NCBI GenBank assembly: GCA_964218365.1
Contig: CAXPMI010000002.1
Location: forward strand, 1 to 59,486
Direction of reading: 5' to 3'
Source of the DNA: Candidatus Poseidoniaceae archaeon
GTDB lineage: Archaea; Thermoplasmatota; Poseidoniia; Poseidoniales; Poseidoniaceae
DNA length: 59,486 nt
Part shown: one piece after another, positions 10,397 to 20,400 of the stretch
Layout of the letters: every line of letters begins with the position of its first letter
How positions within the stretch are numbered: the first letter of the stretch is position 1
Program-made: the position numbers and the translations under genes
Notes under the pieces: model-generated
What the model saw: only the letters and a program-made list of their open reading frames with translations
What the model was told of the DNA's origin: nothing
Database searches by the model: none

Positions 10397-10567
10397 ATGG
10401 TTGATGCTCTTGGAGAGTTATTCGCTGCAGCAGGTAGTTCCATCGCCGAGGAAAGCGAGTTTCTAAATGAAAAAAGTAAGAACAAAACCGTTCTCTTTCG
10501 AATTCTTTCTTACATAATCCCGATGTCAATTCTCACTGGAATTTATTTTTGGGTAATCAGCAATTAG
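10397..10567 (+). CDS. Small membrane protein
   Basis: 56 aa with a C-terminal hydrophobic helix; begins 4 nt after the peptidase stop. Confidence 0.45.
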   Translation: MVDALGELFAAAGSSIAEESEFLNEKSKNKTVLFRILSYIIPMSILTGIYFWVISN

Positions 10568-11547
10568 CTTTCAGTAATTTTATTCCAAACCGAACTAATT
10601 TCCGGATCATTATTGACCCAGTCAGCAATTTCAGCTTTCTTTTTCCGCGATTTTAGCATTGAAAATTTTGAAAGATAATCAAACTTGATTTCAATCTTGA
10701 CATTTACTCCTGACTTGGTTTTAATTTTGTTCTTTATCGATAAAATTTCATCTAGGTCTGATAAGAAATGGTCTCTACGATAGTCGTGACATGTCGTGAA
10801 AATCCAACTTGCTATGAATTTAGTTTCTCCAACAAAATATTCCAACAAATAACCTTGGCTTGGACTAGAGTGGTCTCCACCACCTCTGTAAAAAGTGGTT
10901 GCCTTTATTCGATGTTCAGAGGATACTTCTTTGAATTTTACAAAGTTGAAAGTCTCGTGCTTCCAATTATACTCTGTCAAGAATCGACCATCAGGAGTTA
11001 AACCATCGCCCCTTCCGCTTCTGTAAGCCCCACCTTCTCTGTTTGCAAGGCTCATATCATCACCTGAATATTGGGATGGGGTGCTAGCAACCATCATCAC
11101 AAGGGTCGGGATACCCAAACAACAAACTGCTCCAATCCATCCATCAGGTTGAGATACCAGTACAATTGCAAAGATTATGGCTGGGATGAATAACAGTCCT
11201 GCGAAAATGCGGAAGTTGTTACTAAAGTCAAAATTAGATTGTATCTCATCAGAGGTAACTGTTCCATTCTTACCGCCGCTTCCGATTACATCATCTGCAA
11301 CTGCATCATTATCCATTACTTCATTTGCGAATTTTACCGCTTCGTGGAGGTAGTCTGCATCGAAGAATGTCTCGTATTCGCTACTTCCTGGAAAAATGTA
11401 GTTCCTATCGGTTCTTAGGCCCACGATGTGTTTGCCGTTCCAATCGATTCCAGCACTACATTCTGGACACTCAAAAACATTTGAATCGCCCCTCGGCAGT
11501 AGTATAGGGTCGCCACAGGATGGACAGACCACTTCGAAATCTTCCAT
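10564..11547 (-). CDS. Membrane protein with N-terminal zinc ribbon
   Basis: CPSC...CPEC at the N-terminus (start MEDFEV) and two TM helices. Confidence 0.7.
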   Translation of the reverse strand: MEDFEVVCPSCGDPILLPRGDSNVFECPECSAGIDWNGKHIVGLRTDRNYIFPGSSEYETFFDADYLHEAVKFANEVMDNDAVADDVIGSGGKNGTVTSDEIQSNFDFSNNFRIFAGLLFIPAIIFAIVLVSQPDGWIGAVCCLGIPTLVMMVASTPSQYSGDDMSLANREGGAYRSGRGDGLTPDGRFLTEYNWKHETFNFVKFKEVSSEHRIKATTFYRGGGDHSSPSQGYLLEYFVGETKFIASWIFTTCHDYRRDHFLSDLDEILSIKNKIKTKSGVNVKIEIKFDYLSKFSMLKSRKKKAEIADWVNNDPEISSVWNKITES

Positions 11548-11599
11548 TGAGTGACTTTCCAAAAAATGTACCAAATAATATTGTCGCCTACACAAAAAA

Positions 11600-12691
11600 T
11601 TATTCTTCACAGTCTGAATTCAGTATTTTTGATTCGATGTAATTCTCTCTTGTTTCGATTAAGTTTCTTAGAACCAATCCATGGTATACCTTGAGTTGTT
11701 TTGAGCGCACTAGCTCATTGGCTGATTCTTCAATAGAGCCTAATTTATCCAAATCGTCTGTTGATTCAATGTCTGCGATTAACTCATTGAAAATTTGCCG
11801 TCGTGAAATGAAAAGTCCAACGTAAATAGGAACCAGAAGAAGCAGAATCACCAACTCCTCGAAGACGATATCCAACAGTCCTGATAGAGAGATCTCAAGT
11901 GCATCATCAGTATAACCGTTGTAAAATGTCAACCCTCCTCCGTAGAAAATGCCTGTATCAACACCAAAATACATCAAATGCGGATTGCTATTTTCATCAA
12001 GATGGTCAGAACCTCTGTCAAGTTCTACATCATCTGGCCATCCGTCGCCATCACTATCCTCATCAAGTGCATCGGGAGAGCCATCGCCGTCATAGTCTGG
12101 TGGAGTCAAGGTTTCATCTAACCAATTGTAATTTTCACCAGTAATCCTAGATGCCTCAATTTCATCTGAGTTTGAAATCCCATCATTATCAGCATCATCG
12201 TCTAATACATCCGGAATTGTATCTTCATCAACATCTGATGGGGTTGAATTGAAATTGTAAGGGTCATACATTACCAAACCGGTAGAGGCCGCTCTCTCCA
12301 TTTCATTGCGTATTCCATCCCCGTCTGCATCATCGTCATACAAATCCGGCATAAAATCACCATCCATGTCCTTACAACCCTTTAGAATAAACCGAGAGGT
12401 CCCGGGAACCATTGGACAATCGTCCTCATCATTATCCCAGTAATCTCCGTCTCTATTCCAATCTAGATGGTCAGGAATGCCATCTTCATCATAATCAGGG
12501 CATCCAAACTCCAACATTGAAGATGTTCCAAAAACAAAAGGGCATGAATCATTGGTATTATTCAATCCGTCTCCATCAATGTCTAAATCGACATCGTCGG
12601 TTTGTCCATCGCCATCCAGATCCGATTCTGTTGCAGATACGCACATTGCAATCATTCCGATCGCCATCAAATATACCAGCATTCTTCGCAT
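11600..12691 (-). CDS. Thrombospondin type-3 (Ca-binding) repeat membrane protein
   Basis: Many D-x-D-x-D-G repeats and D.CP...G motifs; signal peptide; C-terminal TM. Confidence 0.85.
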   Translation of the reverse strand: MRRMLVYLMAIGMIAMCVSATESDLDGDGQTDDVDLDIDGDGLNNTNDSCPFVFGTSSMLEFGCPDYDEDGIPDHLDWNRDGDYWDNDEDDCPMVPGTSRFILKGCKDMDGDFMPDLYDDDADGDGIRNEMERAASTGLVMYDPYNFNSTPSDVDEDTIPDVLDDDADNDGISNSDEIEASRITGENYNWLDETLTPPDYDGDGSPDALDEDSDGDGWPDDVELDRGSDHLDENSNPHLMYFGVDTGIFYGGGLTFYNGYTDDALEISLSGLLDIVFEELVILLLLVPIYVGLFISRRQIFNELIADIESTDDLDKLGSIEESANELVRSKQLKVYHGLVLRNLIETRENYIESKILNSDCEE

Positions 12692-12777
12692 GGCTAAGCG
12701 TACGCATGCGAGACTTATTTATTGAAGCGTGATATTAAGACGTAGGATTAAAGAAACAGTCTGTTCTAAAAGACGAC

Positions 12778-13326
12778 ATGCGTGGCAGAATATTCGCTAT
12801 TCTTGTGGCTTCCAGTTTGTTCCTTGCAGGATGCACTAGCGATAGTGACGAAAATGATTCATCTACGGAGTACTCAGAAATGCCGGAGACATTCCCACAG
12901 TGGGATGAATTAACAGATGACGGAACAAATTGGTCAAGTGCAAGATTGAATGGTCAAGCATACATCGTTATTTTCTCCGCACAATGGTGCAATTTACCTT
13001 GTATGGATTTGATGCACACGATTTGGAACACAATCGCTGATATTCCTGTAATGGTTATGTCTACAGATAGCGGTTCAGAAATCTCATTCGAAGATTGGCA
13101 TGATTCAGCAGATGCACACGATGACGATGGTGACGAACCGAACAACAATTTGACGTCATACAGATTTTTATTAGGAGATGAAGAGGGTAACTATCTAGGA
13201 ATTGAATCACCTGGCACAACAGTATTCGTAAACAAAACTGGAGATATTACGTGGTATGGTAAATCATCTGCTGCGAACGATGCTGACCTGATTACTGAGC
13301 AGTGGGAAATAGCCAATCAAGACTAA
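12778..13326 (+). CDS. Thioredoxin-fold (redoxin-like) lipoprotein with CxxxC motif
   Basis: Lipobox LAGC; IFSAQWCNLPC; PGTTVFVNKTGDI cis-Pro region. Confidence 0.7.
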   Translation: MRGRIFAILVASSLFLAGCTSDSDENDSSTEYSEMPETFPQWDELTDDGTNWSSARLNGQAYIVIFSAQWCNLPCMDLMHTIWNTIADIPVMVMSTDSGSEISFEDWHDSADAHDDDGDEPNNNLTSYRFLLGDEEGNYLGIESPGTTVFVNKTGDITWYGKSSAANDADLITEQWEIANQD

Positions 13327-13724
13327 TTCCAAAATGCATCGTCTTCCCAAGGAAGTCCTACAGCGATTCCTAGAATTTCCAAGACAACATAGTTGAAGAA
13401 AAGATAGCATAGTATTGCTATTGTGAATGCTAGCAGAGAGGTGTTGATTACTTTCTGTCTCTCACGCTTTACATCATCCAAAGTACAGACCCCTTGATTC
13501 CTAAAGTAGGATATGAGGCCGAACGCAACCATAATTGCTGCTACGCCAAGAACTGTGGGTCTAAACCACCAGTAACCGTCTTTTCCCCAATAAAGAGTGT
13601 CTGATAGTGCTGCTGCGGTGGAAACCGAAGCAAGGCCGAACATGACCATCACAACAGATGGCAGACAGCACAATGATGCAACTATGGTAGAGGATGAAAT
13701 CCACTTCCACAGGCCCTTGTCCAT
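13323..13724 (-). CDS. Small membrane protein with vicinal Cys pair (MerT-like)
   Basis: ASLCCL in TM1, three TM segments, loop Cys (GVC). Confidence 0.55.
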   Translation of the reverse strand: MDKGLWKWISSSTIVASLCCLPSVVMVMFGLASVSTAAALSDTLYWGKDGYWWFRPTVLGVAAIMVAFGLISYFRNQGVCTLDDVKRERQKVINTSLLAFTIAILCYLFFNYVVLEILGIAVGLPWEDDAFWN

Positions 13725-13769
13725 GTTAACTGCTCGAAACTAATCATTAATCAAACAGTGTATGCTTCT

Positions 13770-14462
13770 TTAGAGATTATTTCTCACCGTTTTACACCCA
13801 ACGGAGAAGTCTGGATTCTCCTTCATTGCCTGGGCGGTTTTGTCCAATAAATCGTCTTCAGCTGTTCGTGGATTTTCTCCAGCCTTTCTCCACGAGACTG
13901 AGACAAATAGATCGTCGTGGACAAAAGATTCGACCTGAAAATTATCCAAAATAATGTCTCTGGGATTAAGGTGCATTCCGAGTTTTTCGGCTTTTTGAAC
14001 CGCCTCTTTTGCGGTCCAGATTTCAATTGCCATTTTTGAATTTTCAATTAGAAAATTTAACTCAGCATCCTTAGCCATCATGTCAAATGCGTTGGTCTGA
14101 ATCTGCCGATTTTTTTTCTCAGCATCAATCCCAATCCAATACCCAGGCTCTACCAATGCACATACCGCCCAATCCTCACAATGGCCTATACTGATCCCGG
14201 GTAAAGGCTCATTTTTCCAAACACCGCTTATCCAAGAGAGGTATGGTGCGCGATGCTCGGTACGAAGAACTTCTAGAGAGTCCAGAGGTAAGCCCCATTC
14301 TTGAACACACTTCTCTAGTAGAAGGCGCCCCGAATTGTGGTCATTTAGGCGCTTTTGTGTCGCACGAGGGATATCTTCAGAGAAAATACTGCCACAATCT
14401 TGAATTGGCATCCTTGCAAGCAACATCTTGGGACCTTGCAAAGGACCCATGATTTCCATCAT
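13770..14462 (-). CDS. 4'-phosphopantetheinyl transferase (Sfp-like)
   Basis: SIGH, IGIDAE and WTAKEAVQKA motifs of the PPTase superfamily; immediately follows the PKS stop. Confidence 0.88.
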   Translation of the reverse strand: MMEIMGPLQGPKMLLARMPIQDCGSIFSEDIPRATQKRLNDHNSGRLLLEKCVQEWGLPLDSLEVLRTEHRAPYLSWISGVWKNEPLPGISIGHCEDWAVCALVEPGYWIGIDAEKKNRQIQTNAFDMMAKDAELNFLIENSKMAIEIWTAKEAVQKAEKLGMHLNPRDIILDNFQVESFVHDDLFVSVSWRKAGENPRTAEDDLLDKTAQAMKENPDFSVGCKTVRNNL

Positions 14463-14463
14463 T

Positions 14464-17400
14464 TCACCTCGAGAGAGTGAATCTTTGGTCTTCCGGGACT
14501 TCGCCCATTGCCTTGAGTCTCAATCCCTTGAGAGACAATACAGGCGCATCATCATCGCCAACAACGACGACGTCGTGAACGGTCACACCTGCATCTTCTG
14601 TTGCAACCTTAACAGAGCGCACTCTGAGTTTTTCTTCTGCTTCTGGAACTCTTAGCATAGTGGACCACTCAATCCCAATTGGTAGGCTCGAGAACCCTTC
14701 GCTTTCCATTGCCGCTAATCCGGCATTCTGGAAACCGGCTTCAATCAGCATTGGTAATGCCTCGAGCAGTACCTCTTCTCCATCACTTTCTAGGGCGAAT
14801 TGATCTGTTGAGGGGAGTTGATGCCTCATCAGTGCAATTCCATCCACTCCGCCTTCGATGCCACGTAGTACACCGCCGTGTGACTGGAATCTAGGGCCAT
14901 GGAAGTATCTCAGGTAAATGAAACTGGAATGGTGCTGAAGTTCCCCGTCTGGAGGTGTGCCAATTTCTGGGAGTGACTTCACTTCACTCTCTAGGAATGG
15001 TGTCATGTCTTCACTACTTGCAACCAGCCTTACCTTAGCTTCGTGGTGCAGCCTTGGCTCGCCAAATACCTCGCCCTTTGAATTAACCAAGTCTGATACG
15101 AGTCTACACTTTACCCAACTCATATCACCCTCACTAGAAACTAATTCTGCCTCGACACGAACAGTCATTGCACCTTTCATTATCTTGATAGGCAAACCGA
15201 ATGTAACCTCTTCAAATCCAGCCAAATGATTGCCAGGGAGTAATAGCAGTGAATTTTCTGCAAACATCTCCATAGCCATCACACCTGGGTGATAGGGTAC
15301 TCCATCGATGGCATGGTCGCTCAAGAATGGGTGGTCTCTCACAGACAAGGTGCATTGTGAGGTTAGTGACTTACCTTCATCTAGTGAAATTAATTTGTCA
15401 ATCAGAGGGAACCTTCGTGGGTCTGCTATAGCTGCTGCCATTTCTGCTGGAAGTTTCAATGGTGCATCTCTGAATGAGTCATAGCGGTCCATCAAACCAA
15501 GGGAGCCGCAGCCGAGGACTCTCCTCTTTCCTCCTGCGAGTGCCTCTCCGACAAATATCTCGACTCCATCCTCAACAGCCAATGTTTCAATTCCTGCTGA
15601 TTCGAATACCGCCTCAATTGAACCGCGTGTTGCCATTCCGACATCTCTCCAACCAGTCCAACCGATTGCAACTGCTCTGCATTCTGAGTTAGCGGTTAAG
15701 CGTGCCATCTCTGCATCGAGAATTGAGTTCGCTGCTGCATAATCGGTCTGTCCACCGTTTCCGAATCTTCCTGCAACGCTAGTGAAAGCACAGGCGAATC
15801 TCAGTGAGTCTGTTACACAAGATGTTAATGCCTTCCAACCATCAATCTTGACTCTGACAATCAAATCGAATGTACTCCAAGTCTTATCCGCTACAAGTTT
15901 AGATTCCTCTAATCCTGCACCGTGTACGATTCCAGTTACGGTTCTTTCACCAACTGCAGCGCTAATTGCACCCGAGTCTGTGACATTTGCCGAATGGTAC
16001 TCCGCGATGTTTCCTGTCGATTCTATTTCGCTTATTGTGCGGTAGATGTCCATGCTTCTTGTCAACTTCATCCACGCATTGTTCCATTCGACCATTGTGA
16101 CCTTGCCACTCTCTGATTCTGCAATCAACGACTCTCTAAGTGCCATCTTCCTCGAATTAAGTTGCTCTTCTGACCAGTCGAGCCATTGTGAAGTTTCTTC
16201 GACAAGTCCGCTGCGCCCGAGTAATAGGAAGGTTGCTCCTGCATTTTTGCTCGCATTTGCTACACCGATGATCGATGCAGCGGTTACTCCAGAACCTCCA
16301 CCACTGACCAACCACACATCGTCTGATTGAAGCGATTTGACCTCATCCACTAGGTCTTCTGCAAAGCAGACTAGTGTCCACCTTCGAAGGTCTCTATCGA
16401 TTCCGATTTCAACCTCGCCACCTGCATTGAGCATATCATTCTCGATAATCTCTGCAGCGGCATCCGCATCAATTATCAATTCAGGATGCAGATCGAGTGC
16501 TCGACATCGGAGGTTTTCTCTCTCAAATGCATATGATTTCGTTACACCGCTAGCACCACAAGCAAGGGAATTGAATCTCTCACCTCTGTTTCCGTGCCTG
16601 CCATCTAGGGCAGAAACGCTACCAACGATTCCCGAGGATAGGACACCTAATTGGGTATCAAGTCCCTTCAGTAGACCAAACCAAGATTGCGCTGCTAAGT
16701 TCACTTGGTTCGATGCTCCTTCGCTTTCCCATGAACTGCCTGTCAAGGAAAGTGGGGCAAGGTGAATGATTCCGCCTACGCCTGAAATTCTCGAACAGAT
16801 TTCTGCGATTTGCTCTTCGCTGCCTGGGTCTGCTCTGTATGTATGTCCGGACAACTCTTCTTGCTCAGTTACCGATTTCGCACCGAATTCAAATCCGACC
16901 TTAGCAACTGATAGGCCCTTAGTTGAGAGTCTAGTTGCTAATGCATCTGCAACTCCCCAACTATCCTGAGTTAGAACGATTGTTCCACCAATTGGAAGAC
17001 CTTCTGCAACAGCAGGGCACGGTTCAACTTCAACTTGCCATCTGCGTGTCTTGGAAGCTGTCGTCATTACACTTGGTTCTGGTTTATTTGTTTGAGCAGA
17101 AACTTGCGGCTGTGGAGAGGTAGAAGCAGTCACTGGGGTCGGTGGCTTGGCAGGCTCGCTTCCACCTTTCATCTTGACAATGTATGATACGAAGTGGTTC
17201 AATGTAGGATGGTCCGATAACACGAAATCTTCGTCTACTGGCAGGGAGAATATTTCTCTAACGTCCCCCATAATCTCCGCTTGCTTTACCGTATCAATTC
17301 CCAACTCACCCTCAAGGTCTTGGTCCATTTCAATGAAGTCTTCAGGATATCCTGTATGCTTAACGACCACGCCGATTAGTTTGGGCTCAATATCGCCTGT

Positions 17401-20400
17401 ATCACCCGTATTTACTGCACTAACATGGATTTGATCTGCTTGGGCCTGAGGGGCAGCTACGGGTTCTGGCTCTGCAGGTGTTGGTACAACCGTTGGCGCA
17501 GTTGAGGTGGCTGGAACACCTCCCGTCATTTTCACAATGTAATCTACGAAGTGATTGAGAGTTGGATGTTCGGATAGAACGAAATCCTCGTCTACAGGTA
17601 ATGAGAATATTTCTCTGACATCACCCATGATTTCCGCTTGCTTGACTGTATCAATTCCCAATTCTCCTTCTAGGTCTTGGTCCATCTCAATGAAATCTTC
17701 AGGGTATCCGGTGTGCTTGACAACTACCGCAATCAACTTTGGTTGAATTTCAGATTCATCGCCGGAGGCTTGTGCTGGTGGTGTGACAGCCTCTGCAACA
17801 GGTGTTTGCACAGGTGCTTCAACTGGAGGCGTCGGCTCCACAGCCTCTAGAGGCGCTGCAACAGCAACAGGTGCTTCTCCGCCCTGCATTTTGTGAATAT
17901 ATGCAATCATGTGATTCAATGTTGGATAATCCGAGAGAATGAAATCCTCGTCTACAGGCAGTCCAAACTTAGCACGGATATCGGCCATGATTTCAGCCTG
18001 TTTGACTGTATCAATTCCCAACTCTCCTTCCAAATCTTGGTCTAATTCAACGAAGTCTGCAGGATATCCAGTATGGTTTACAACCACTTCAATCACAATT
18101 TGAGTCGTATCTCCTGTTGGCACGGATGCCGGCGCAGGGGTTGGAATCGGAGCAGGGCTCGGCTCCTCTGCGACTGGAACAGGATCTTGCTTGACTAGGA
18201 TAGGCGCTGCGACAACCGGGACTGAAGAGACAGATTCCGCAGACGGAGTTGCGTATTCAGCTCCTTGAATACCACCATGTAGGTTATTTTCACCGTCCAC
18301 ATATGCAACTAGTTTATTCTTCAAAACACGTAACTCTAGATTAGAAGTGCCGGCTTGAGATTGACTCCAAGCCATCAATTTCGCCTTGTCAATTCTATCT
18401 CCTGTATACTCGTATTTCCTTACTAGTGAAAGCCCGATTTGGCTACCGAAACCTGCTGCGAATCGCATTCCATACTTCAGATTTGGATAATCTCCACCTT
18501 TGGAAAGATTGAGATTTCCTAGTTCTGGGTCAACCTCTTTGTGGTTAGCAATAGGTGGAATTCTGCCAGTCAATAATCCATAGAACATCGATGCATCTTC
18601 AATTCCAACGCCCATAGGGTGACCAGTGAAACCTTTGGTATTTGCAATAACTAATGAGTCTGCACTTTGACCAAATGTCTCACGCAATGCTTTGACCTCT
18701 GCTTGTGCAGAGCCCCCTCTTGCAGGGGTGTATGTTTCATGGGAGAAGAATACGGTGCTTGGTGCCATTTGGTGCCTATCAAGACCCCATTGCCCTTCCA
18801 TTTCTGTGATGAATTCATTGACGGTTTGGGCGACGTGGTCCACATCTAAACGAGTGCCGTGGAATGCTGAATTCGAAATTCTGCTACCGAGAATTTCCGC
18901 CATCGGTTGAACACCTCTAGCTTCAGCCTCAGACTTTCTTTCAACTACGAATGCTGCTGCACCCATACCAAGAATCAATCCATTTCTTCTCTTGTCGAAA
19001 GGCAAAGCGGTTTCTTCAACCACATTGTGAGTCGATGCGGCACCACTAGCGGCAAATCCTGCACCGATCCATTCCCACAAATCATCGCCAGTAACGTCGT
19101 CTGCAGAGATGATTACCACTCTGTCACATCTGTCATTTGATAGCCAATCTTCTGCAACGCCAAATGCCGCAGTTGCTGAGGCACATGCGAGATTGATTGT
19201 GGTATTCGGCCCTCTAATACCCACATGCTGTGCGAATTGTGAATGGCCCATGTTTAGAATTTGGAAAAGATATCTTCTGTCGAATCTACCCTCTCCATCG
19301 TCGCCGTTCATCTTTGCATGCTTCGCTGCCATCTGGTGGCCAGCGAAACAAGATGCGAATACGATACCGGTTCTGTCTCTGTATGCTGCAGGCATTTGCC
19401 AAGAACGGATTAGTCGCAATCCACCCTTACCAACTTGCTCAACAGGTGTAAGAGGAATTCCTGCATCCTTGAGTGCAATCAATCCAGACGCACAAGCTAA
19501 CTGGGTTGTGATATCCCATGCTGCGGCAATCTTTGCTTCGATTCCAAACTCCTCTTCTGGGTCAAATGCAGACATGACGCCCGCCAATTGTGGAATGTCG
19601 CCGAATTCCTTTGCAGCCTCCATTCCTACGCTGCCATCTCTACCTTTGATTAATCGAACTAGGTTCTTGTCTAGCAGTCTCTGTTTGTATTCATTACTTA
19701 CCTCAGAAATGCAAGTCTCTCCTCGAACTAATTTCTCAAAGTTACCTTCATCGAATACTCTTTCTCCACCAGGTAGACCAAGCGAAATACCAGTAACCAC
19801 GTATGGGTCGACTGCTCTGTCATCCAATTTGGCGACTCGTGCTTTACTCTGGGTAGTTGGAGCGGAGGTAATCCACCTTGTGATGTCTCCTGGTGTTTTT
19901 GCTACTGTAATGTCCCAATCAGGGTCAGTACTACATCGAGCATGAACTGTTGTGATTACATTTTGAATCTGGTCATCACTCATTCCTAGAACCGCACGCA
20001 TGTCGACATTGCCTTGACAGAACTTGGCAGGATAACCCGTATGAGCAGCAATCAGTTCTCCCACTAGCGCCTTCTTTGCTGCGTCTGGGTCAACATAAGT
20101 ATCACTAGATTTTACAACGGTTTGAGTTACAACTTCGCCACCCTTTGATGGAAGTGGCTTACTTCTCTCTCTGAGCGGTGTTGTAGGTTTGATGGAACCT
20201 CTTTGAGCTTCGATTGGTCCAGCACGGAATGCTTCGGTTAGATGCGGGCTATCGCGGCCGGGCCAATTTGGTGGGCGACCGGCTAATGCTAGTGTTCCTA
20301 GTGCGGATAGGAAGGTTGCGATTCCTCCTGCCTTCGGATGATTTGTCATAACAGGAATCGCTTGTTTTCCTTCCAAAATTTGTGAGGCGAATACCGTTAG

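Noticed and set aside
19109-19945. 278-aa plus-strand ORF (and many similar antisense ORFs)
   Set aside because: Shadow frames opposite well-supported genes; no motifs
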